A stretch of 64,000 bases of DNA from Giardia intestinalis (taxonomy: Eukaryota). Shown piece after piece: positions 29,282-39,077 of this stretch; the stretch's first letter is position 1, and the number at the start of each line of letters is the position of its first letter. The notes under the pieces were generated by a model, which worked only from the letters and a program-made list of their open reading frames with translations, was not told where the DNA came from and ran no database searches. The stretch is taken from assembly GCA_000002435.2 (NCBI GenBank), contig CM018790.1; one strand, given 5' to 3'. Both the position numbers and the translations under genes were made by a program.

Positions 29282-29443
29282 TTTTTGGTTAAAAATCTAG
29301 GTACCCTAGCCTACTTTTCTCGTGTCAACCTTCTGTTGTGGAAGCATGCACAACCTGCTGGGATTCCTCTTCGCTTCAGTACCAGAACAAAGACATTTCC
29401 CGAACTAGCTCAAAGTCTCGATGTGGGAATTTATTAAAATTCC

Positions 29444-30442
29444 ATGGATATCACGGGCTGGTTTTGTGCAGCAGAAGCAGGAGACCTTGAACACATTAAG
29501 GAGACATGTATACAGTTTGTAGGCAAAGTCAATGAAAGAGGTCGGACAGCCTTAATGTTGGCTGCATCCTTAGGGCACAGATCCATCTGTGATTTCCTCG
29601 CTAGGTTTGAAGGCCGTCAGACAACGCCTAAAGGAGTAACTGCCCTTATGATTGCAGCGGAGTTGCAGCACATTGACATTGTGGCCGTTCTAGCGCCCTA
29701 TGAGTCAAGGATGCGCTCAGACAAGGCAGAACCAGCAATTATACGTGCTGCGCGCCATTGCTGCATGCCAGCGTTAGAGATTCTCCTACCCTACGAGATG
29801 TGCTATGCATCGGAGTGCTTGGCTGTGGCAAAAATTAATAGGTTGGAAGAGGTATATAAACGGATTGATGCTGCTCTCACAGACAACTTCACAGAGAGCC
29901 TCAGTGTACAGGCTACTTTGGCTCAGCCCATCCTCCCTCAGAACAGTCTATTACCACAATCTCAGCATCAATCCCAATGTATTCAGATGTTAGGGGTAGA
30001 TGGGGACGTGGATGCACGTGTAGATGCAACCGCAGACACAACTCTGCAGCAGGCCGATCTTATCACAACACTTACCATTGAGCTGGAGGATCTTCGTCTG
30101 GTAGAACGAGAGTATGAGGATCTAAAGCATATGTGTGAAGCATACCAAGAGCAGATCCGTGAACTGAACCTGGACAATGACACTCTATTCACTGACAACA
30201 TGTCTCTACGGCGGGACAAAGAGAAGCATCTAAGAGCCCTAAAAAGACTCGGCCCCTGTCCATCCTGCAAGAAGTCACGATCGGAATTGCAGAATCTACT
30301 GGCTGAAAACACACGGCTATCAGCAAAATTATCGACAATAAAGACAAACTCCTTGGAGGTATGGTCTAGGATTCTAATGAAGAGGGCCTTGAGCGACGAA
30401 GAAATACAGCGATTCGCCCCCTTTGCTGATTTAATTCAGTAA
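29444..30442 (+). CDS. short ankyrin-repeat plus coiled-coil protein (21.1-like, 332 aa)
   Basis: …GRTALMLAASLGHRSICDFLARFEGRQTTPKGVTALMIAAELQHIDIVAVLAP…, then a coiled coil. Initiator tttattaaaattccATG. The stop is embedded in cAGTAATg. Confidence 0.7.
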   Translation: MDITGWFCAAEAGDLEHIKETCIQFVGKVNERGRTALMLAASLGHRSICDFLARFEGRQTTPKGVTALMIAAELQHIDIVAVLAPYESRMRSDKAEPAIIRAARHCCMPALEILLPYEMCYASECLAVAKINRLEEVYKRIDAALTDNFTESLSVQATLAQPILPQNSLLPQSQHQSQCIQMLGVDGDVDARVDATADTTLQQADLITTLTIELEDLRLVEREYEDLKHMCEAYQEQIRELNLDNDTLFTDNMSLRRDKEKHLRALKRLGPCPSCKKSRSELQNLLAENTRLSAKLSTIKTNSLEVWSRILMKRALSDEEIQRFAPFADLIQ

Positions 30443-30468
30443 TGCAGATAGGGGTTAAAGATCAAAGA

Positions 30469-30482
30469 CCAGTAATTACTGG
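30469..30482. promoter_or_regulatory. perfect 14-nt palindrome CCAGTAATTACTGG in a convergent intergenic spacer (AGTAAT polyA-signal-like on both strands)
   Basis: Read directly from the sequence. It lies between the stop of the + gene (30442) and the stop of the - gene (30503). Confidence 0.5.
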
Positions 30483-30502
30483 TAGGTGATCCATCCCGCC
30501 TG

Positions 30503-33500
30503 CTACGTCAAAGCGTTGCTTATTTCTCTCCGTAGCTTATCAATTGCCGATTCGAATTCCGTGAGTCGTACGCTTGCAAAGAAGCTCATTAACGTCTTGC
30601 ACGTGGCCATGTCTTGCTGATAAATGGCTACCTTGGCTGGATCCGAGGTCTTTTGGATGCTAGAGACATATAACTTTATAAATCTCTCCAATATCCCTCT
30701 CACACGCGTGCCTTGTATATTATACCTGAACATGTTACAGACCTCGTTAGGAACATAACGCTCTATGAACTCATTCGGGGAGATGTTCGCCATAACATAC
30801 ACATTTGTCAGGATTTCACACAGTTCTGACAGAAACTCGCTAAGAAGGTCTGCTCCCACATTATTTATTTTCCTGCTTAAATCATGGAGAGTCCGGGGCC
30901 AAAAAACTGTCATGATGACTCCGTAGATGGCGCCAAGGATTGGAAACGGTACAAAGATGCTTTCATATTTCTTGATAGGAGTAGTAACCTCCGTCAAGCC
31001 AAAATGCTTGTATATCTTGTCCTTGTGAGGGCTTCCTGTCACTTCTATAGGTTTATCAACTGTCACACCCATTGTTACACTGTGGATACCAGATCCAGCC
31101 CAGGCGATCGAGTCAACTTGTCTATGACTACGCGTGCCAATGATTTCATCGTTAAATATGGCTATCAGTGATGAACACAGCTCTTCGAGTTTTCGTAAAT
31201 TTTCCCTTGTTGTGTGTGAATAGATATAGCCATAGAGAGATTCTAGAAGAACGAACTGGGAGCCCATCAGCTGGTTGCCTAGCCTGCCATCTAGTAACTC
31301 TGCGAAAGTCCCTGGGGTCATCGGGACCTTGTTCGACTCGGCTATGGCGCCAAAAAGCCTATCTTGTCTTCTGCAAAGATCGGTAACGGAGGATACCATA
31401 TCTTGCGACGGCCCTCCATCTGTACCAACTGCAGGCCGACCCTGCGACAGAAGTACTGTGAGTGTCGGATACTCAGCAGCAGACACATTGTCTCTATATT
31501 CATAATCTGCCACAGCGCGAGTGGATGGATGGAGTACGCTGGTGTAAAGCGCCCAGATGGCATGCTCAGACCAGGTTAGATCGTTTTGTTTAACATCCTT
31601 GCTATCGCCAAAATTATTTATAATGTGTTTGATTGGTGCAACTACAGCCATGAAGAATTCATCTAGCCTTATGGTTCCGCGGAGAGAAAGGGTACTGGGA
31701 TAAATCGGCTTCAAAAACGTTGCCACCGCATTGGAATTTATCCGCAGCACATCCAATAGCTCAGAAAAATATCTATAGACCGTCACGTCGTGTCTCTTTC
31801 TGTCTATTAGAACAGCAACGTCAAAGATATATCTCAATAAGACAAGTGAGACGATGGGATCATCCTTTACCTTCAGGCACGCTTCGACTGACTTATCTAA
31901 AAGTATATGTAACTCCTTTAAAAGCTTGTCTTTGATCTGGCCCTCCGATAGCTTCATGCGGTTGCAGGTGTCATCGAGTCTGAAGCGTATTTCATAAGCA
32001 GAGTACTGCATGGCTTCTGTTAAGCTAGGCATAAGGCAGTATTTCTTATCCAAAGATGAAGGGATGGAGAGACTGAAGCCTGCCAGCACCTTATTAAGCG
32101 ACGGCGTCAAAGGCACTGGCTTGAGAACAGATGTCGTCTGGGAAACCTGAAAATATTGCTGAATAGGTCGCAGAAGTCCAAAAAAGTACTGCATAAGTTC
32201 TGTGGCCAGCGGCATCCCGGATTCATCTATTGCGTTCACCAAGGAAAAAATAAAGCTATAGCACTGCTTGAAGTCACGAGCATACAATAGAGACGAGAAT
32301 GATACGTAATTCTCAACAAACTCAGCACTATACTGGCGACAAGCGCAGAGTACCTTATCGTATATCACCTGCATACTGGACGCTCCCCGGAGGAATGACG
32401 TGATAACCTTCCTTGTCCACTTGGGGTAGTTCACCCCTAGGGATTCAAAGATAAGCTTGTTGTTATCGAGACCGTACCAGAGACTGAGGGGCTGTGCGGG
32501 GGCTATGCAATGAATACCCCCTGCAATGATTGAGACAAATTGCGGGGCTGTAAACTGTGCCATAATGACTAGGGAAAATACATATTGACAGATCATGATC
32601 TTATGTCTGGATGAGACAGAAAAGACATCCGGCTGGAGCGAGCTGAAGGAGAGGGAGGTGATAGGGAGGGAGGAGAGTAAGGTAGAAAAGATGGGCTGTT
32701 CTGACTTTAGTGACATAACAAGGAGCTGACCCTGATTTGTGCCCAGCAACCAGTAGTCTGCTACAAACGGTGACACCGCCACCGCCGTAACGTAGGCCAA
32801 CGAGTCGCGAGACACCGGTTGTGAAAGTGAAAATGTTCGTGTGTCCGACTTGGGTGAGCCAGTGTCAAGTCCAGTGACTTTGACAATGGAGCAGATAGAT
32901 CCAGAACTGACGACAAGCGTTACGTCCTTCGGCCCATCGGATAATATGTATAGAGAGTTAATTTCAGACGAAAAACCACGCTTCAATACGATTGCAGGCA
33001 TGCCGCACGAAGAGGTGTCTAAGATCCGTACTAAATAAAAGAACTTATCGATGGAAAATGCCAAAAACTCCCTTCCAATTGCACAAGAACATAGATGCTC
33101 GGCAATATCCTCCTTGGACTTGGCCGCAGGAAACTTTGACGAAATGTTGCTTTGGTAGGATGCGACGAGCGTATCAAGAATATCGTGTGTGTCGGAAGTC
33201 CCGCATGTGTCTGGCCCTTTGCCGCTCACAGCAGCCACCGGATTGGTAGCGTCAGCCACTTCACTCCGGGTCGTCTGATTCTCAGAACAGCTCTGTCCTG
33301 CGTCGGACCTGACGCCCATCAAATATCCAGTCAGAGAAAGCATACCTTTCTTGATAAATTGCTTGTTTTCCAGTCTATACACTAGTAACTCGTTGGTTGT
33401 GCTGAGCAGGGCTATGTTATCCCCCAGATGCTCCAAGGGGTTTACTGCAAGAGTAGCAAACCGTATCTTTTTCTCAAATATTCCTGTGTCTATTGCTCCC

Positions 33501-33748
33501 AGGCAATAGGTGTTATCCTTGTATGATGCTTCTAAAAGGGAGTACCCAGACGGTGTAATAGTCATGATACCCCCCGTGTGTGTCTTGAAGGCAACAATGC
33601 CTGAGTCACCCTCCAAAAAAGCTTGAGTGGTAACAAAGATGCTGTGGAGGCTTTGTGTGGAAGTACGTAGATGCTCTGCACGGAAGAAGTCGTCATAAGG
33701 CGTCTCTGTTGCTGCCACAGAGCGGACTTGATGGGTGATAATGGACAT
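30503..33748 (-). CDS. large hypothetical protein (about 1081 aa)
   Basis: Continuous ORF. The track start at 33757 is a TTG; the first ATG is at 33748 (MSIITHQ…). No family recognised. It may be a beta-propeller plus alpha-solenoid protein. Confidence 0.6.
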   Translation of the reverse strand: MSIITHQVRSVAATETPYDDFFRAEHLRTSTQSLHSIFVTTQAFLEGDSGIVAFKTHTGGIMTITPSGYSLLEASYKDNTYCLGAIDTGIFEKKIRFATLAVNPLEHLGDNIALLSTTNELLVYRLENKQFIKKGMLSLTGYLMGVRSDAGQSCSENQTTRSEVADATNPVAAVSGKGPDTCGTSDTHDILDTLVASYQSNISSKFPAAKSKEDIAEHLCSCAIGREFLAFSIDKFFYLVRILDTSSCGMPAIVLKRGFSSEINSLYILSDGPKDVTLVVSSGSICSIVKVTGLDTGSPKSDTRTFSLSQPVSRDSLAYVTAVAVSPFVADYWLLGTNQGQLLVMSLKSEQPIFSTLLSSLPITSLSFSSLQPDVFSVSSRHKIMICQYVFSLVIMAQFTAPQFVSIIAGGIHCIAPAQPLSLWYGLDNNKLIFESLGVNYPKWTRKVITSFLRGASSMQVIYDKVLCACRQYSAEFVENYVSFSSLLYARDFKQCYSFIFSLVNAIDESGMPLATELMQYFFGLLRPIQQYFQVSQTTSVLKPVPLTPSLNKVLAGFSLSIPSSLDKKYCLMPSLTEAMQYSAYEIRFRLDDTCNRMKLSEGQIKDKLLKELHILLDKSVEACLKVKDDPIVSLVLLRYIFDVAVLIDRKRHDVTVYRYFSELLDVLRINSNAVATFLKPIYPSTLSLRGTIRLDEFFMAVVAPIKHIINNFGDSKDVKQNDLTWSEHAIWALYTSVLHPSTRAVADYEYRDNVSAAEYPTLTVLLSQGRPAVGTDGGPSQDMVSSVTDLCRRQDRLFGAIAESNKVPMTPGTFAELLDGRLGNQLMGSQFVLLESLYGYIYSHTTRENLRKLEELCSSLIAIFNDEIIGTRSHRQVDSIAWAGSGIHSVTMGVTVDKPIEVTGSPHKDKIYKHFGLTEVTTPIKKYESIFVPFPILGAIYGVIMTVFWPRTLHDLSRKINNVGADLLSEFLSELCEILTNVYVMANISPNEFIERYVPNEVCNMFRYNIQGTRVRGILERFIKLYVSSIQKTSDPAKVAIYQQDMATCKTLMSFFASVRLTEFESAIDKLRREISNALT

Positions 33749-33875
33749 CGGTAGCAACCAGCTTTCTAATCTTTCTAGATTAAAAAATCCCCTTTTAAAT
33801 AAAAGGGTATCAGTGTTGTTCCTTTGTAGCTCTTACTCCTTCGCCTCTCTCAACTATCTGTAAGGACACCACTCA

Positions 33876-33882
33876 GTTTACT
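33876..33882 (-). terminator. polyadenylation signal AGTAAAC overlapping the TAA stop of the helicase gene
   Basis: The minus strand reads …gtc gAG TAA ACt gag…. Confidence 0.5.
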
Positions 33883-36082
33883 CGACACCTTCTGCTGCCC
33901 AAGAGTCTAGATCTTCTGGGAAAAGTATCACTCCGTTATTCATTAGGTGATTGCAGTAGGCCTTGAGGGTCGGATCTTTCTCTAAAGTGATGGAGTTGCC
34001 TATGATTACCACAAGACGCTTCGCACGCGTAATCGAAACGTTCAGCCTGCGGATATCGCTTAAAAACCCAACGTCACCCTCATCATTGGAACGAACAAAG
34101 CTAATGATTATTATTTCTTTTTCCCTGCCCTGAAAGCCATCGACAGTGCTTACCTCTAGGCCTTTTGTCACATGCGCCTCCATGCGTCCTGCAAGCAGGC
34201 TCACTTGGGCTGTGTATGGACTGATGCATCCTATGACCGTCTGGGGAGTGCCCACCTTGGGCGAGCTGGAAAGAAGGGAAACGAAATAGTCTACCAATCT
34301 GACCACAATGTCTGCCTCGCCGTGGTTTAAAATACTGAGTTGGGGAAGCAGGGTTTGGCCGTCCTCTTCGCGAGTTTCCAAGAGGTTCATGCTGCAGGTA
34401 TCTACGAACAATTCCGTTGGATTCTTTGGGAGCGCATCGTCATCAACACAATTGAACCAATCTTCACCTAGAAAGTCTGCTAGTGAAATGTTTCTAACGG
34501 ATTCAGCTGGTACCAAGCGTCCCAGATAGAACTCTTCACTAGGAAAACGACATATTTGATGACAAAATCGATACTGCTGCTCGAGCATGACAAGAGGGCT
34601 TATCTTTGCTTCCTCGGAGACAATCTCCTCTGCCCTCTGAACTAGATTGCTGGTTATCCTGTTTAAAAAGGGCAGCGAAAACGTTTTGGAGTGCATGGCT
34701 CTGTCTGAGATGACTGTGGGTGGTAGCTGATTGGGGTCACCAGCCAGGACAAGCTTTCCCTTTGTGAGGAGTATCGCTCCCAAAAGAGAGACATCCAAGG
34801 CCTGGCTTGCCTCATCTACAAGCACAAAGTCAAATCCACCTGAGCTTTCTGCAGCACGAAGACATAGAGAGGTGGATGTCCCATTGAGTGTGCAGGCGAC
34901 TAAGCGAGCAGTAGCGAGAACCTGCTTCCCACAATCGCGTTGGCCAGAAAGCATATTATTTCTTGCAGCGTAAAACTCAGAGCGTGCCTCATACAGGGCC
35001 TTCTTATCTCCTGTTGTCTTAGTTTTAGCGCGAACTCGCTTATATGCTTGCTCAGCCTTTTGGAAATCAATCTTTGCACTGTGTAATTCTGACGCATAAT
35101 CAGTGAGTAGTTTGCTATCAAATAGAAATGGATAGACAGCTTCCGTTGTAGCGCGCGCCGGGGATCCCAGACGGAGAACCAAATCTGTCTTGCTCCCCAG
35201 CTTGCGGAGAGCAGCGCAAATACCCAATAGGAGATTGTCGGTGGCCGTGTTAGATGGGGCGCACACCAAGATTCGTATTTGCGGATTGTTAAGTAAACAG
35301 AGCGCAACACCTGCCGAAAGAGTTGTTGTCTTGCCGGTTCCGGCCGGCCCCCAAATTACGGAGAGAAAAGAGGATGCAGCCATACACCGCACCGCTTCCT
35401 TCTGCTTGCAATTCAACAACAAAGAGTCGGGAATACACAGCTCATGGCCCCACTGCTTAGGCGAAAGAGGCTCCAATTCCCTCTCTCCCAACAGAATTTC
35501 TGTGATCTTCCTGCGCACATGTCTCATCTCTGAAGACATCTCTACTCCTTTGTCCCAGGGCGCTCTGGATGCCTTAAAGTGCTCTATGTTGGCATGCAAG
35601 TACTTGAAGGTTAGATCGCTTCCGGCTCTAAAAACGACCAAGGGCTCAGCTGCCTCCAGATCTGCGATATCTATTTTGTCTTCAAGGCTGATTCCCACAG
35701 CTTTATCAGTGAAGGAAACAACGATGCCCTGGCAAATAAGTCTCAAACGCCCATCCAGAACAGCCACAATATCTCGCGGGTGGAACCCGCTAGCATCTGG
35801 TCCCAGGGGTGAGTTATGGCGACCCAGCTGGGCCACTGGAGTTCTACTACTCGCCATCACCTGGGATTGAAGAACTGTCAATCCCTTGACGGCATATCCC
35901 GCCTTTTGAAGAAGTCTCAATGGGGCGGTAGGCGCTGCTTGGAGAGAGGTAGCGAAAGCCTGAGACCCCTTATAAAAATCATAGCTAATTCCTGCGGGAG
36001 CCGGACAACGCTGGACCTCTTCTACTCGCTCTGCATCAATGCAAGCTTTCTGCTTGTCAATCCACTTATCCATCACATCCAT
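33878..36082 (-). CDS. Superfamily-1 Upf1-like (DNA2/NAM7 family) helicase, 734 aa, without an N-terminal CH zinc-knuckle domain (Hcs1/IGHMBP2-like)
   Basis: Walker A VIWGPAGTGKTTT; Walker B/motif II FVLVDEASQA; motif III LAGDPNQLPPTV; motif V VDGFQGREKEIII; motif VI SITRAKRLVVIIGN. Confidence 0.85.
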   Translation of the reverse strand: MDVMDKWIDKQKACIDAERVEEVQRCPAPAGISYDFYKGSQAFATSLQAAPTAPLRLLQKAGYAVKGLTVLQSQVMASSRTPVAQLGRHNSPLGPDASGFHPRDIVAVLDGRLRLICQGIVVSFTDKAVGISLEDKIDIADLEAAEPLVVFRAGSDLTFKYLHANIEHFKASRAPWDKGVEMSSEMRHVRRKITEILLGERELEPLSPKQWGHELCIPDSLLLNCKQKEAVRCMAASSFLSVIWGPAGTGKTTTLSAGVALCLLNNPQIRILVCAPSNTATDNLLLGICAALRKLGSKTDLVLRLGSPARATTEAVYPFLFDSKLLTDYASELHSAKIDFQKAEQAYKRVRAKTKTTGDKKALYEARSEFYAARNNMLSGQRDCGKQVLATARLVACTLNGTSTSLCLRAAESSGGFDFVLVDEASQALDVSLLGAILLTKGKLVLAGDPNQLPPTVISDRAMHSKTFSLPFLNRITSNLVQRAEEIVSEEAKISPLVMLEQQYRFCHQICRFPSEEFYLGRLVPAESVRNISLADFLGEDWFNCVDDDALPKNPTELFVDTCSMNLLETREEDGQTLLPQLSILNHGEADIVVRLVDYFVSLLSSSPKVGTPQTVIGCISPYTAQVSLLAGRMEAHVTKGLEVSTVDGFQGREKEIIIISFVRSNDEGDVGFLSDIRRLNVSITRAKRLVVIIGNSITLEKDPTLKAYCNHLMNNGVILFPEDLDSWAAEGVE

Positions 36083-36274
36083 TCAAGCAGGCCGAACAGT
36101 ATTTGCAGTCCCCACAAGCACACGGTGCAGTCGCTCTGGGCAATAACTCTGAACGGAAATTTAAATGTGCATATTATTATATGCCACTATAGTTTTAACA
36201 ATAACTCTATATCATCGCAGTGAACCGCAGCGCCTTTGACCGGGTATCAGTGATATCAACTCTACTGCACACTG

Positions 36275-37882
36275 ATGACAGACAAGCAATATACCGTTGT
36301 AATAGAGGAACCAACTGCGAAGCTGTATCGCATTACAAATCCGGGAATTCAAATGAAGCCTCACGACTTCACGCTGGTCAAGCAAGAAGATGGCGACCGA
36401 CAGTTGATCTCCACCAACAAGCTTTATGAGGCAGCAAGCTGTGATTCAGTTGCCACTGGATATGAGTTCGATTACTACGTTGTGCGGATAAATGACGGAG
36501 ACAGCACAGTGACTCTTACACCAACTGTTCCTGTGTCTCTTTATTTGAACCCGGTGCACGAAGAAACCATAAAGCCTGTACTGCAGCGCACAGCTGACAA
36601 TAAGCTTCGGTCAAGTTGTTCGCTTCGCGAGGCGGTCAACTTCTTCACGACTCGCCAAGGGACCTTCAGTCAAAGTAAGCTTCAAGGAATGATAACAAGC
36701 ACCATGCTTTCGACGAGTAGCATTGCAGAGGCTGGCGGAGCCATCATTGCTCAGGAAAAGGCTAGGGGTTTCTGTAACGAGTATACAAATTATCCTCCAT
36801 TCAATCTTTCAGCTAGCCTGGCTAGTGATGTCTTCCCCATTCGCGGGCTATTGTGCATAAGTATCATAGACTACTGCAAAACGCACACCGGCTCTCTCTC
36901 GCGTGAGTATTGGAGCAACTATGTAAGAGAGGTATCGATGCCTAGGGATTTATCTGTGACTGCAAACTCAGACGCTACGCCCTCAGCTTCCGCACAAGGC
37001 GATAAGGCCGCTGCCACTGGTAGCTCAACCTCTAGCAGCTCTGACTCTGATGAAGACATCACTGTATCTGCTCTTCACAGCGCTGATCCTTCCGCCAAGG
37101 ACACGGACTCTATGCTAGAGCTTACCGAATTTGCTAAAAATGAACGAGAAAGGCTTTCTGTGTTAGGCTGCAACCAATTCGATGATACATTGAACAGACC
37201 ATTGTACATGAACAACATACACTATCAGGAAGAAGGTGGGGTATACTACTACACTATTACAGGGATTGTGAAAACCTGGAAACGTCGGGGTGCCATTGAC
37301 TATGACACCACCATCGAATCAAAGGATATAGTTCGCTTCTTGCGCGAGTTTGATTTCCGTTTCACCTATACTCGGTCCAGTATCGACGTATCCGATGGAC
37401 TTGCCATACAGCTACTAGAGCGGTACAGAGCAAACCTTTTGGCGTACGCAGCTGTTCCTGGCTATGACAGGTGTCGCCTCCACGACTTAGCATCTCTCTT
37501 ACTAGTCCTCTATGAGATGCTCTTGTATATAGCAGGCGCTGATAGATACTCTGTCCCCATTACAGAGTTCATCAGTGGTCGACTTGGGTGCAGCTTCAAG
37601 CCATCTACTGGCAGGGCTCGGGCTGTGAGAGACATACTGCCGCCATATGCATGTGCAATCATTTTGCATTTTGAGAACTATACAGTTGACCCGCAGGTAC
37701 TGTCCAAAGTCCTGCAGATTGACATCTTTGCTATCTGTAGACTTTGCACCAGCCTCTTCTGTAAGCGAACGGGCAAGGACAATCAGAGGTATCAGTTGAA
37801 GGCACCGGTTGTTAAGAGCGGAGAGATAATTAAAAAACGGCGTGGTTTACAGAGTATAGCACTCAAGAGATCAATGGTATAG
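36275..37882 (+). CDS. hypothetical protein (535 aa)
   Basis: ORF only. Confidence 0.5.
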   Translation: MTDKQYTVVIEEPTAKLYRITNPGIQMKPHDFTLVKQEDGDRQLISTNKLYEAASCDSVATGYEFDYYVVRINDGDSTVTLTPTVPVSLYLNPVHEETIKPVLQRTADNKLRSSCSLREAVNFFTTRQGTFSQSKLQGMITSTMLSTSSIAEAGGAIIAQEKARGFCNEYTNYPPFNLSASLASDVFPIRGLLCISIIDYCKTHTGSLSREYWSNYVREVSMPRDLSVTANSDATPSASAQGDKAAATGSSTSSSSDSDEDITVSALHSADPSAKDTDSMLELTEFAKNERERLSVLGCNQFDDTLNRPLYMNNIHYQEEGGVYYYTITGIVKTWKRRGAIDYDTTIESKDIVRFLREFDFRFTYTRSSIDVSDGLAIQLLERYRANLLAYAAVPGYDRCRLHDLASLLLVLYEMLLYIAGADRYSVPITEFISGRLGCSFKPSTGRARAVRDILPPYACAIILHFENYTVDPQVLSKVLQIDIFAICRLCTSLFCKRTGKDNQRYQLKAPVVKSGEIIKKRRGLQSIALKRSMV

Positions 37883-38003
37883 CAATTTTGGTATCTCACT
37901 CTCATTTTTTACAAAACATGTCACCAGTGAGTCAATCTTGATTGTGTTTAACGAATAAAGTACTGTGAATAAATTCTTTTAGCAGGTGGTGGACGACTGA
38001 AAG

Positions 38004-38468
38004 TCATCCCAATCTTATGTAGATTTCGTGCTCCATGATATGGAAGAAGAAAATGCCAAGAGCGATGCCCAGTGCCAGTCCTGCGTGGAGAGTTTTCATG
38101 ATCTTAAAGTATAGAGGCGGGCGAATCCGACCCCTGCATCGCCTGATCAGCACGGGCATAACCATGATTCCAATGCCTGTCAAGGCGTCCAAGATCATCA
38201 TGATGAACGACCACCAACCGGCGTTAAATAGAGACTTCAAAGTAATCGCCTTATATGCCTTAACATCATAGATGTGATAAGTAGCTGCGACAAGAGCAAA
38301 TGCCGCCGCAATAATATGTATTGTTAAGAACGAAATTCGCAAGCCTTTGGCTCGGTGAGAAAGACACGGAACCCGAGTGAAGTGAATGTGAAGCTTTAGC
38401 CCCAAAAACACTCCTGTTAAGAGGACTAACACCGTACTTATGGCTGCCAACAACGATGAGACCTTCAT
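38004..38468 (-). CDS. small 4-TM membrane protein with His pairs in the helices (154 aa)
   Basis: Four hydrophobic segments, several containing His (…LKLHIHF…, …LTIHIIAAAFALVAATYHIY…, …LHAGLALGIALGIFFFHIMEH…). Confidence 0.5.
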   Translation of the reverse strand: MKVSSLLAAISTVLVLLTGVFLGLKLHIHFTRVPCLSHRAKGLRISFLTIHIIAAAFALVAATYHIYDVKAYKAITLKSLFNAGWWSFIMMILDALTGIGIMVMPVLIRRCRGRIRPPLYFKIMKTLHAGLALGIALGIFFFHIMEHEIYIRLG

Positions 38469-39077
38469 TACTGCTCGTTAGATATTGGGTCTGGCTTGTA
38501 AGGGAGCAGGTGCCACCAATATTCCAAGTACGAGTATCAAATAATTAATTATAATTTTTACTCAACCAAAACACATCCAGGCTTCACAACTTAGCAATTG
38601 TGCACAGCAGCAATGCATCCCAGCTATGGATGAGAGCACTCTTCAATGTCAATACATAATTGAGAAAGCTCCTGAGAGGATGCCGGAACATAGGTCCATC
38701 ACTAGAGTGCACTAGTAAGGAAAAGGATTGTCAGCTATAGTACTCTATAGCTTTGCAAGTGTTCTTCTATGAAAGCAATAGACGAGGTAGAATAAGCAAT
38801 AAGTAGCTGGATATATCTCCTGGTAGCAATCACATTAGTACCTAGCAACTAATAATAAGTCCTTGTCTAACTTAGATAAATCTTGCTTTATGTACAGTTA
38901 TACAAACAATCACTATCTACATTAACAAGTGGCGTGTGATCACATTGACAACATGAAGACTATATAGCGGCAATAGACCATTACACGCAGTACTATTGCT
39001 TAGCTATTACGCCTACCAGTTCTTTGGATTGTCAATCCAGCCTTCAAATAGTTTCAAAATCTGTTATTTCAAAAATA

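Noticed and set aside
29055-29300. 81-aa plus-strand ORF
   Set aside because: It is antisense to the MZT1 micro-gene, which has strong motif conservation and a proper initiator. The plus ORF has neither.
30543-30560. tRNA T-loop-like 'gattcgaattcc' string
   Set aside because: It is inside the 1081-aa CDS and is not flanked by acceptor or anticodon-stem complementarity. I found no convincing tRNA in any spacer.
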